Source: Eledone cirrhosa (Eukaryota). Taken from it: DNA of 64,000 nucleotides. Location of the stretch: assembly GCA_964016885.1 (NCBI GenBank), contig OZ024742.1:2790001-2854000 (forward strand). The letters are read 5' to 3'. The notes below the pieces were generated by a model. That model saw nothing but the letters and a program-made list of their open reading frames with translations, had not been told where the DNA came from and made no database searches. Both the position numbers and the translations under genes were made by a program. Shown in pieces: positions 1-11,440 of this stretch (the stretch's first letter is position 1; every line of letters begins with the position of its first letter).

Positions 1-581
1 ATGCATTTCAGGCTTAACTGGCCTTCGTCAGGACGATCCCTCCCACCGCTTGCGACTGCTGGACTAGAAGACAGCCGAGAATATATAGTTTTCTCGTCTG
101 TGTAAATGAGGTGATTAATCTCATTTGCATATGAAGCTGCATAAGTTAGCTCAACTTATAATAGAAAAGAAATAAGATTTCGCCTCAAGCATATTTCTTT
201 GGAAATACGAAATTTCTAAACATATTGTATAAAGCTATGCTTGAAGCAAAATCATATTTCTTTTCTATTATAAGTTGAGCCAACTTATGCAGCTTCATAT
301 GCAAATGAGATTAATCATCTCATTTACACAGACGAGAAAACTATATATTTTCGCCTGTCTTCTAGTCCAGCAGTAGCAAGCGATGGGAGGGATCGTTCTG
401 ACGAAGGCCAGTTAAGCCTGAAATGCATAGACGGTTGTCCTTCTTGCTTCTGTTGGACATCGCAAGAGACCGTTAGCTGCCCGGTGTTTGCATATCTACG
501 GCTTCCTAAAACCAAATTTCGTTGGAGATACGAAATTTCTATACATATTGTATAAAGCTATGCTTGAAGTGAAATCTTATT
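1..581 (+). mobile_element. Non-coding HHR-bearing unit (~323 bp period, ~1.2 copies at 199-581) preceded by an inverted copy (1-193); retrozyme/PLE-pLTR-like
   Basis: 199-258 recurs at 522-581; 1-193 is the reverse complement of ~236-428; another copy at 2893-3060; contains ATGCAAAT and a hammerhead. Confidence 0.75.
391..436 (+). ncRNA. Type I hammerhead ribozyme, minimal palindromic stem III
   Basis: gatcgtt-CTGACGA-AGGC cagttaa GCCT-GAAA-TGCA-TA-gacggtt; stem I pairs with G:U wobbles; AUA cleavage triplet. Confidence 0.8.
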
Positions 582-1113
582 TATTATATATCACTTGAAA
601 ACTCTTTAATTGTTTAATTTCTATTTGTTAATTTTTTAATTTATAATCTCTGATACTTGATTTAGGATTTTCGATTTTAAATTGTAATGTTTAGTTCTAA
701 TTTCACTTATAACTTCCAATATGAAACTATGATACATAGAATTAAAAATATATACTCTTAGGGGTTGATGGTCAGTTATTAGTGAGAGGTAGTATATGGA
801 CCTGTAAATACTAACACTCCCATCCCCACTGGCTTTCGGCTGACTGCCACAGATGGGATGGGTAGCAATAAACTATGGTGCCGGCTTGAATGGGTCATTG
901 TCTGGCTGAGAGAGGGAACTGACCAAGCGAATTTCGTTTAAATCTGCGGTAGCTAATGGTCAACTTCCCCCTGGACCTGCGCCTGCGCAGACCAGTGGGG
1001 GTGAATTGGTACTCTCAGGGGAACGGATGAAGAACCCAAAAGCACATACTTTGTCCGTTCCCATGTCGATTCAATTTGGATTGCCTCGGAAACATAACCT
1101 TATTATGTAACAA

Positions 1114-1187
1114 GCTGTCTGAAGATGTCGCGAGACTGGCGCACAGAACAGTGTGGCCACTTCCGCCATTGAAATATATATCACAGC
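1114..1187 (+). ncRNA. Type I hammerhead ribozyme
   Basis: gctgt-CTGAAGA-extended stem II-GAAA-TATATA-TC-acagc; perfect 5-bp stem I; AUC triplet; short tail then (TA)n at 1306. Confidence 0.75.
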
Positions 1188-1304
1188 ATTAGTATTAAAG
1201 GACTTGAACATCTGAAACTACTTCGCTTTTCCTTATTCGATATTTACTCCGTCACTCCTATGTGGAATAAGTACGTTGAGTGCTTGATTTGAATTGCATC
1301 CTAA

Positions 1305-1466
<162 letters not shown>

Positions 1467-1644
1467 GAGTAACATATATTTACGTACATAAGTTTCAACT
1501 GTCACACATGCGTGTTTTATTTGTCATATTCCAGTAGAGCCCAACTGTCAGTGATACATTACAGATATAATTTGGTTGGTCAGTTTGTTTCTGGTCTGTT
1601 ATATAAAAATTCATCATGTGACCTGCTTTTGTATATAATGGTTT

Positions 1645-1815
1645 CTGATTTAGGCACAAGGCCAACAGTTTTGGGGGAAAGGGAAAGTCGATTAAATCGA
1701 ACCAGTGTATTACTGGTATTTTATTTTATCAACCCCATAATGATGAAATCAGAACGCAAAGGGCAATAACACTATGTCGCTAAGCATGTTGTCTGACTCT
1801 ATCCTTTCTGCCAAT
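1645..1815 (-). mobile_element. Diverged tRNA-derived SINE
   Basis: ggcacaaggcc...tactggtattttattttatcaacccc matches the reverse complement of the SINE at 14443. Confidence 0.65.
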
Positions 1816-2892
1816 GTGATTAAACCAGTAACTGTCAGTAGTTCAACAGCAGCTAAGAAGGTGAATAACACCCGAACTATTTAGATTACTCATCAAATAA
1901 CTTGTGATATAATGCAGCAATGAAAAAAATGACAAATGCGATTTGAAGGTGATTTTATTTTCTATTTCTAAGACGGTGACATGTTTAGAGGCTCATTGTG
2001 TCATTAATCTGTGCTAAAAGTTGTTAAAACAAATTTACTTGTTAAGCTTTAACCATTGAAAATGATCAATCTAAAACATTCATTCCACTTCTCAGATCGA
2101 GAAATAAAATCACGGTTAATTTCATCATTGCATTTAAGTGGATGTGGTTTTGATCTTTTAAATTCTTTACCATTTATTTACTTCTCAACATAAAACTGAA
2201 TATATTGATTAAATATTGATTAAACCCGTCCCATTATCAGATTTTCTCTTCTCCCCGTCAACTGTCCCTTTTCTTCTTAGCACACATATTCCTGAGTCGG
2301 TCGTGGAGGCAGAGTCCTGTCTGAAGCGACCGTCTCCAATAGATTTGGCTCTATCCTCAACCGAGACAAACCGAGCTCATGGATGTTATCTAACCATCAC
2401 ATTAATTCAAATGCATTTGCTTTTTAACCCTAGGTCAGTTCTAGCTGATCAGACTGGTGATCAACATCATTAAAAAGGTGACCATGTCGTTTTTGGTTTC
2501 TTTCCTAGGTTAAGTGTACTCCAAAGTAATTTTTCAAATATTTGATCCAATCTTTTAAGAATATACGGTATTGATTGAAACTGATATTGTTGCTAATACA
2601 TTCAAGTGGAGAGACGCCGTAGAGTCTGCTTCATTGGCACACGATTCAATTTTTAAGATAATGGACAATAATGTGCTCTTTATTATAAGGCTCATACTCC
2701 TATTCTGTGTTTTACACACACGCTTCAACACAGATCTCTAATTAATATGGATCTCATTATATTTCAAGTAATTAGCTTCTTTGACGACATGGAATCAATT
2801 TTTGAAAAACAAAGAACAGCTTTTAACAATCCTGTTAAAAGATGGTTCGACGCAGCTTTATAATTAATTCGGATCTTCTCATATTTCTAAAT

Positions 2893-3060
2893 CCTATTTC
2901 TTTTTTATTATAAGTTGATCCAACTTATGCAGCTTCATATGCAAATCACCTCATTTCCACAGACGAGAAATGTATATATTCTCGGCTGTCTTCTAGTCCA
3001 GTAGTCGCAAGCGGTGGGAGGGACCGTCCTGACGAAGGCCAGTTAAGCCTGAAATGCATA
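2893..3060 (+). mobile_element. Copy of the 1-581 family, ending exactly at the HHR cleavage triplet (HHR 5' part 3022-3060)
   Basis: Aligns with 255-429; homology stops after GAAATGCATA. Confidence 0.75.
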
Positions 3061-3744
3061 TACATATCTTTACTTTCTTTATTTCAATAGAAAATCTGAA
3101 TTCTGACACCCCAGCGAACTAACCATATTCACTGAACCAGAACAATTCTCCCATCCCATTTCTCTTGACCATTATCTTTTGCTTGTCATAAAATTTTCTA
3201 AAAAGGCTACAGAATAGTTTTCCAAATACGGGCGCGAAAGTTAATGAAAACTTGTTCACGTGACAGCCATAATTTCATTTATAACCAATCAAATTACGTT
3301 TATTAAAAAAAAGCCTTCATGAGCACCTTTTTTTTAAGTAAAAAGAAATTCAAACACTCATATATGAAAAAACAATCTGAGCCCCCCCCCCCCCCTGTTT
3401 GAAGAACTTTGTAACGCGAACTGGCGCGAAATTTATTATAATTATTGACCAACCAATCAAATTACTTCTCTAAAAACCTGGCGTTTCGAGCCACTTTTTT
3501 CCGTATAAAACAAGTAACATTCAAAGACCAGCCAGATGTGAGAAAAACTATAGACCTTCCATCTCAACTCTACTTTTGAAAAGCAGAAGAACTGCAAAAC
3601 CGGTAAAGGAACCAAATAAATATATATATCTTTTTAAACATAAGACTCCAGTTGCATTTTCGATTTCGTCTTTATTTCTTTATACATTCACTCGTGTAGG
3701 ACACCTCGGTTATTTTTCATTTTGTAAAAAAAACCTCACTTTCT

Positions 3745-3810
<66 letters not shown>

Positions 3811-4829
3811 ATTTGAATAGCGTATATTTACACACTACACAAATAGATTGGTCGTCGTAGGCTTAGCTATTTTATTAAATACTTTGAGTCATAACCCCAT
3901 AATTGTGTTAGCGATTGAAGCAAGCTATTGGACTGTAAATTCAATTTAAATAATACAAATTGTGTTACATAATATGATGCTCAGCTATTCGGTAAACATA
4001 ATTAAATTTTCTGAAAATCAGTCGGATTTCATATTCGTTATGTACGGAAAAGAAAGAATAAAATTCCATTTTACAACAATCACTTCCATCATTGTAAATT
4101 TTAAAGAAGAAATTTAAACCGCTTCTATTTCCCTTTTAGAGATTCCTTCAATGTTTTTATGCTAGAGGTTGTAACTGGAGCCAAGAAACATGATGCTTAA
4201 AACCAACAAACTATTGGTGAATTTTCAATTACGTCATTGTGTCACGTGGTCTTGAAATGTGTTTTGGTCCACAAATAAAATATATATGACGACATATAAG
4301 ACAACATAACCATAACAACAAAAGCTAGATGGCAGCACAGGAGCCTAACCAGTCAGCAAAGGAACTTCTCTACTCTTGCTTGACTTTCTAAAAATAGCAG
4401 TCAAACATCCCTCTAACACTATACTGTCTGTTTGGTTCTCCTTGTTTTACAGTACCACATTCAGCTTTTTACCAAGACTGCAACATTTTCGTCTCCAGAC
4501 TTCGACCAATAGGAATCGGTTTTACTCATGATCTCTGGACTTACCACCAGCTATTATCCACTAAGTTAGACACCAAGACAGAATGGAGTGGATCAATAAC
4601 AGTTATACATACACAGACAGACAGACACACAAGCACACACAAAAAGACATGTACACACACACAGACATACACACAGACACATGCATTCACATCACACATA
4701 CACACATACACATTGATAAACGATATCAGAGAGACTGTGTATAATTTGTAAATATATTTGAATTCTTACCTTAAATGAACATTTATAATAATTTTAACAC
4801 ACAAACAAAAAACAAAAATTCACACACAC

Positions 4830-5868
4830 TTACGTGACGTACATCGTCCGAATACAGATACCAGCACAAATGATTGGCCACGTCACTCAGTTACGTGACG
4901 TACATCGTCCGAATACAGATACCAGCACAAATGATTGGCCACGTCACTCAGTCACGTGACGTACATCGTCCGAATACAGATACCAGAACTAATGATTGGC
5001 CAGGTCACTCAGTTACGTGACGTACATCGTCCGAATACAGATACCAGCACAAATGATTGGCCACGTCACTCAGTTACGTGACGTACATCGTCCGAATACA
5101 GATACCAGAACTAATGATTGGCCAGGTCACTCAGTTACGTGACGTACATCGTCCGAATACAGATACCAGCACAAATGATTGGCCACGTCACTCAGTTACG
5201 TGATGTACATCGTCCGAATACAGATACCAGAACTAATGATTGGCCACGTCACTCAGTTACGTGATGTACATCGTCCGAATACAGATACCAGAACTAATGA
5301 TTGGCCACGTCACTCAGTTACGTGATGTACATCGTCCGAATACAGATACCAGAACTAATGATTGGCCACGTCACTCAGTTACGTGATGTACATCGTCCGA
5401 ATACAGATACCAGCACAAATGATTGGCCACGTCACTCAGTTACGTGACGTACATCGTCCGAATACAGATACCAGAACTAATGATTGGCCACGTCACTCAG
5501 TCACGTGATGTACATCGTCCGAATACAGATACCAACACTAATGATTGGCCACGTCACTCAGTCACGTGATGTACATCGTCCGAATACAGATACCAACACT
5601 AATGATTGGCCACGTCACTCAGTCACGTGACGTACATCGTCCGAATACAGATACCAACACTAATGATTGGCCACGTCACTCAGTCACGTGATGTACATCG
5701 TCCGAATACACATACCAGAACTAATGATTGGCCACGTCACTCAGTCACGTGATGTACATCGTCCGAATACACATACCAGCACAAATGATTGGCCACGTCA
5801 CTCAGTCACGTGATGTACATCGTCCGAATACACATACCAGCACAAATGATTGGCCACGTCACTCAGTC
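4830..5868. repeat. 61-bp CpG-rich minisatellite, ~17 copies
   Basis: Unit ttacgtgacgtacatcgtccgaatacagataccagcacaaatgattggccacgtcactcag with few variants. Confidence 0.97.
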
Positions 5869-6103
5869 TAAACTTCTTCACCTCATACACATACCAGACT
5901 ATTTAGACTCTTAATTGCTTGACCACCTCATCCATCCTGATAAACCATCCCTCTTTGTTTCTACCTTCTAGCCTTCTCTCACTACATCCTTACTCTTTCC
6001 CGACGAAGGACTAACGTTTGAGAAGTTAAGACATGACTCATACTTTTTCTACAGGTGTTAAACTAATAAGACTGTGCAATTGTTCTCAGTGTTTGACTTG
6101 AAT

Positions 6104-6135
<32 letters not shown>

Positions 6136-6269
6136 GACACGCACACACACCCACACACATACATATACATATTCGTACATGTATGTATGGTTGTATTTAT
6201 GTATGCATGTATGCATGTATGTACATATGTATGCTTGTGTATATGTATATATATGTATATATACATGTA

Positions 6270-7245
6270 TGCATGTATGTATGTTCTGGTTTTATAATTT
6301 CACAAATTTTTGCCAATAGAGAGAGAGAGGCGGTTTCTACCATAGTTATAAGACTCATTGGAATTTACACATCAACTAGCTAGATATGTATGTCTGCATG
6401 CATACATGTGAAGGTATGGATGTTATTGTATGTGTGGATGTGGATGTTTTGAGTTACATATGTGCATGTGTATATGCTTTGTAACTGTACATGTGTATAT
6501 GCAGTTATTAGATGCAGAATTTTTTGAATGTTTTACATTTTTACTGCTCCATTAATGGGTTATACTTGTAATATCCTAACTAATCATGTTCTTTCTGGTT
6601 CTGTGAAGATTCTCAAGATTTGTACTGAGGCAGTTACTAACATATCCCAGTGTCCCAATAATGTATGCATGTATGAATATGTTCTTCTAGTTTTATAATT
6701 TCTCACATTTGTGCCAATAGAGAGAGAGAGAGTCGGTTTCTAACATAGTTACAAGACTCTCTCATTGGAATTTACACATCAACTAGGTAGATATGTATGC
6801 ATGTCTGCATGCATGTGTAGATATAGATGTTATTGTATGTATGGATGTGGATGTTTTGAGTTGTATGTGTGCATGTGTCTATGCTTTGTATCTGTACATG
6901 TGTATATGCAGTTATTAGATGCAAAATTTTGGAATGTTTTACATAATTTTACTGTTTCATTAATGAATTGTACTTGTAATTTCCTAATTAGTTGTGTTCT
7001 CATATCCCAGTCCCCCAATAACCATAGGCATAAATCTGAAGGTGTAATCAGGGTGGAGTATCTGCAGATTTCTCATTATTTCTGCATAAATATTCTCCTT
7101 TTCACTAATCTTTGATATTATATTGACATCTGCTGGGCAGCTAATTTCCACTACTGTGCATGCTTTCTTCCCCCTGTCCCATATCATAATATCTGGTCTG
7201 TTATGCCTGCATTTTATTGGGGTTTTTACACCAATACTCATTCAT
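6270..7245 (-). pseudogene. Two tandem 3' remnants of an R4/Dong-like LINE (restriction-like endonuclease)
   Basis: ORF 6984-7241: HNRPDI...VEISCP-D-N...EK..Y...P.VIGGLG is the RLE PD-(D/E)xK pattern; 6270-6660 duplicates 6680-7020. Confidence 0.75.
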
Positions 7246-7660
7246 ATTATGTATATGTATGTCTTCCACATTGCTGTAGCTTTTAATGTGTTTATTATCG
7301 GGGCTATGTATGCATGTATATATGTAAAGCAGCTATGTATATATATGTATATATCATACACCTACGGTAGTAGGTGTATAATATTCTTAAGGTCCCATTT
7401 CGGTCACTCGCGACACCTTCAAAGCTTTGTCACTAATTCAATTTTTGATAAAATTGGATGCGGTTTATTGCACTTGATAGGACCGCAGATAAGCTACTTT
7501 TTGACATACAAATATTGAAATTTGGTTCAGTAGAAAAAAAGTTACATAAAAATAAGTGAGGACCAAAAGAGTGTAAGGAACTACATACATAAGTAACGCT
7601 TAGTTTGTTTCTAATTTCTAATACATTAAAATACTGATAGATTGTGCAATAGCGAATTGT

Positions 7661-7733
7661 GGTCAGGTAGCTCAGTCGGTAGAGCAGCGGACCGGCAATC
7701 CGAAGGTCGTGGGTTCGATTCCCACCCTGATTA
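7661..7733 (+). tRNA. tRNA-like gene or pseudogene, nominal anticodon GGC (Ala)
   Basis: Cloverleaf: GGTCAGG/CCTGATT acceptor, GCTC/GAGC D-stem, CGGA/TCCG anticodon stem, GTGGG-TTCGATT-CCCAC T-arm, TTTT downstream. C at position 33 is atypical, so probably repeat-derived. Confidence 0.6.
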
Positions 7734-7848
7734 CTTTTCCTATCTGCACTTCTTCCTATTTATTATTATTATTTAACTTATTTGTTGATAAATATTTTTA
7801 TTAATATTAATATAATATCCTTGCATTGCCTGGAAAAAAAGTGGATTA

Positions 7849-9051
7849 CAGGGAAAAATGCGGGCGCATGTAAAGAAATATTCTTAAATTAATAAACCTA
7901 GAAAAGTAAAGGACAAGTTATTACACCTGGAAAAGTAAAGGACAAGAAAACTTCTTTTTAAAACTTCTTAAAATATTGCAGCTAAAGTCTAAATTTGAAA
8001 AAAAATATTTAGATTATAAAACTAAAAATAAATAATTATAAGTTAATTGTTAAAAAAAATCACTCTAAAGGACTGGAAAAATGACTGTCTTATAGGGAGA
8101 GTTGACTACTGTATACTTAATTTTTTTTTTGGTGTATACAAATTAATCTTTTTAAAATAAAATTTGTACAATAATTTGTACAATAATTAATTAATAATAA
8201 TAATAATTAATATGTACAATTTATTAATTTATGTTATAAGATATTTCAAAATTTTCACTCTTAATCAAATTATATTTTTAAAAATTTAGTTACAAAATAA
8301 TGCAGTAAAATAAATCAAAAACCGTGCATCACATAATTGCACTTTTTATGAGTATTACAGATTTTTTTTATAATATAATAAAATTCAACATCTCAAAGGG
8401 CAAAATTAGGTAAAAGTCAATTCATCAATTATTCATTTATAGTGAATCAATCAATTATAGTGAATTCAATTAATTCATTAGATGAACTGTTGAATTAGAC
8501 AATATTTAATTTTTAATTGTAGTCTAATTTTACTCTACCTAAAAATGTAGATTGGTTGTTTTGATCTCTGACAGGTCTTAAATTTCATTATTAAACAATT
8601 ATAATTTGTTATTATTTATCATTACAGTTGGCTCCCTAATTAATTATTAATTAATTGTTAGTGTCATTTACACGCCAACATTTTGTTTTATTTGATGTTT
8701 ATAATTGTCACTCATTTTTTCAGTCCCATTTAGTAAAGTAAAATAAAGTATATTTATTTAATGACCCAACCACTATGGTGTAAATTAGGATCACAAAATT
8801 AAATAAATGATCATAAATTAGTATTATTATCAATTAGAGAGTCAACTGTATTATTAGAATTTATCACTTTCTATGTATATTTAAATCAAATATTTTTTAT
8901 TATTCAAATTTATACTATAGCTGCAATATTTTAAGAAGTTTTAAGAAGTTTTCTTGTCCTTTACTTTTCCAGGTGTAAATAACTTGTCCTTTACTTTTCT
9001 AGGTTTATTAATTTAAGAATATTTCTTTACATGCGCCCGCATTTTTCCCTG
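7849..9051. mobile_element. Non-autonomous Tc1/mariner-type element (MITE) with ~135-bp TIRs
   Basis: TA|CAGGGAAAAATGCGGG...CCCGCATTTTTCCCTG|TA; arms 7849-7984 and 8918-9051; AT-rich non-coding interior. Confidence 0.75.
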
Positions 9052-9575
9052 TAATGTATATATGTATGAAAAGCATATATGATGAGAATATGTTGAACTC
9101 TAAATGTAATATAAATATATATACAAAGAAATAAGACGAAATCATAGCTGCTGTCCAGTTATGTATTTCAGACATGTAGGTTTTCACTTGTTTTTAGGAC
9201 AGCAGAAGTTGTAGATGTAAATGGAGAGAATATTTGCTGTCGTATCCAGTTATCTGTTCTATGTCCCGTCTTTCGTCCTTTTTATTAATCAACTTACAGA
9301 TTTAATTACTGCAGTCTAGTATGTCAATAAACAAAAACAGGAGAGAGAGAGAAAGACATATAGATAGATAGATAGAGAGAGAGAGGGGAGGAGAGAGACA
9401 GAGAAATATATATATAGATAGAGTCAGTGAAAAAGAGAAAGGAGAGAGAGGGGGGAAGGGAGAGAGAGACAGAGCGATAGATAGAGTGAAAGAGAGAGAC
9501 AGAGATAGATAGATAAAAGAGAGAGAGTGAGAGAGAGAGGAGGAGAGAGAGAGAAAGAAAGAGAGACAGAGCGAT

Positions 9576-9623
<48 letters not shown>

Positions 9624-9751
9624 GTTTTTATTATGTGTTGGTATAATTTAATATAAAAGAATGTTTACAATCTCTCCACTATGTCCACTAACAATATATT
9701 TATATGTTTGTATTTCGCAGTTTTTCATGGAACCAGTGCCAGGTAAAACAC

Positions 9752-9919
9752 AAAACAAAATAATCAATGTTAATGACTTTTATTTATTTATTGGTTTCTA
9801 GTTGGTGAAATTAAAGACATTAATGACGGAGGAAATATTAGAGGTGGTGGGAGGTATTAATTTCACCAACTAGAAACCAATAAATAAATAAAAGTCATTA
9901 ACATTGATTATTTTGCTTT
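9752..9919. repeat. Inverted repeat, ~62-bp arms, ~42-bp spacer
   Basis: 9752-9814 is the reverse complement of 9857-9919. Confidence 0.9.
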
Positions 9920-10063
9920 GACGCATAGAGTTACGGCCCTTGCCATTCTGTGTTCAAATCCCGCCGAGGTTAACTTTGCCTTTCATCCTTACGGGGTCGA
10001 TAAAATAAAGTACCAGTAATACACTGGGATAATTGCTGGCCTTGTGCCAAAAGTAGAAACAAT
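9914..10063 (+). mobile_element. 5'-truncated tRNA-derived SINE
   Basis: Near-identical to the body of 14443-14635. Confidence 0.9.
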
Positions 10064-10202
10064 TATCATCATCATCACCACCACCACTATCACCATCACC
10101 GTCATCATTATCATCATCACCATCACCACCACCACCATCGTCATCACCATCGCCAGCACCATCATCATCAGCACCGCCACCACCATCGTCATCATCACCA
10201 TC

Positions 10203-10236
<34 letters not shown>

Positions 10237-10422
10237 TCTCCACCACCACCACCACCACCACCACCACCACCACCAACCTTCATTATCATCATCACTATCA
10301 CCATCACCACCACCATCATCGTCACCACCACCATCATCATCAACACCACCACTATTATCATCACCATCATCATTATCGTCATCACCACCACCACCATCAT
10401 CATCACCACCATCACCACCATC

Positions 10423-10456
<34 letters not shown>

Positions 10457-10572
10457 TCCCCCCCATCATCATCAACATCAACACGACCACCACCATCATC
10501 ATCAACATCACCACCACCACCACCCTCATCATCATCGTCACCATCATCATCACCAACACCACCACCACCACC
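10064..10572. repeat. (CAC/CAT)n low-complexity tract
   Basis: Direct reading; source of the poly-His, poly-Val and poly-Asp ORFs. Confidence 0.95.
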
Positions 10573-10590
10573 TGTATACGAGCGAACAAT

Positions 10591-11022
10591 GGCGAACATT
10601 TTATATTTTAAATTTGAATATGGCAAAGCCGGCCATTGATCTCTCGTATACAGGAAACTGACTGGCCAGTGTGCTGATATGCAAATCTGGATGATTAGTG
10701 GATCTGCTAATATGCAAATCAGGCCGATCAGTCACTGTATATTTTAGAAAATATCATATATTTTCTCTAGCTCTGACAGTTTGGCAGCTGAACAGTGAGC
10801 TGTACTGATGAAGGGCGAAACCCAGAAACATTAATGTCTGCAGTTCTGTTCACAAGAGCAAGAATGAGGGGCTCATTCTACTGACATGGCTTTAAAAATG
10901 ATGGTTGTTTGCATAATTGCAAACGAATCGAATATTATTATTTATATTCGAAAAACTCAGATTACATTTATTGTATTCGGCCATGTAGAGTGAACATTTT
11001 TTTAAATTTGAATATGGTAAAT
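10591..11022 (+). mobile_element. ~398-bp non-coding HHR unit with ~30-bp terminal redundancy
   Basis: gaacatttt...aaatttgaatatgg at 10594 and 10992; two ATGCAAAT octamers; ends in (TA)n. Confidence 0.65.
10789..10852 (+). ncRNA. Type I hammerhead ribozyme
   Basis: agctgta-CTGATGA-a GGG cgaaa CCC a-GAAA-CATTAATG-TC-tgcagtt; distal stem I tgaacag/ctgttca; GUC triplet. Confidence 0.88.
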
Positions 11023-11031
11023 TTATATATG

Positions 11032-11125
<94 letters not shown>

Positions 11126-11127
11126 TA

Positions 11128-11235
11128 AGTTATTCCGGGTTGAATCAGAGGTAACCACAGTAAGGGACGTACTCAATACAGGAGATTCCTGATTTCTAAA
11201 GAATGAAACATTTCTAGTCCTCCTGTAGAATCTCA

Positions 11236-11240
<5 letters not shown>
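11128..11240. mobile_element. Fold-back fragment of HHR family B (inverted tail plus degenerate HHR at 11182-11234)
   Basis: Matches 25195-25385; core lacks 3 nt. Confidence 0.65.
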
Positions 11241-11265
<25 letters not shown>

Positions 11266-11266
<1 letters not shown>

Positions 11267-11400
11267 ACGAAGGAATTGTGGTAAGGAACCAGATGGACCA
11301 TAACGCACCAGAGTACTCAATACATAGGGTAGTAGAGTGGGAAATAGGAAAAAGTATGACCCCGACGGCAGAGCTCAAGCCGTTTCGACGGCTAGTCCAG
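11266..11400 (-). mobile_element. Family A element (HHR 3' half plus ~130-bp tail) abutting (TA)n
   Basis: Same sequence as 21268, 24848, 26650, 37080 and 47535. Confidence 0.8.
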
Positions 11401-11440
11401 AAATAGCCTGTTTGTATGAGCCTGTTCGGATGGTTAGCAT

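Noticed and set aside
4830-5868. CRISPR-like array
   Set aside because: Contiguous tandem units with no unique spacers, no cas genes, eukaryotic context
5995-6035. HHR-like CCGACGAAGGACTAACGTTT, and truncated CTGATGAAGGACTAA at ~18433
   Set aside because: GAAA core and stem III are degenerate or missing; not counted as intact
9145-9206. ctgctgtcc/ggacagcag stem enclosing GAAATACATA on the minus strand
   Set aside because: No recognisable CTGANGA and register mismatch
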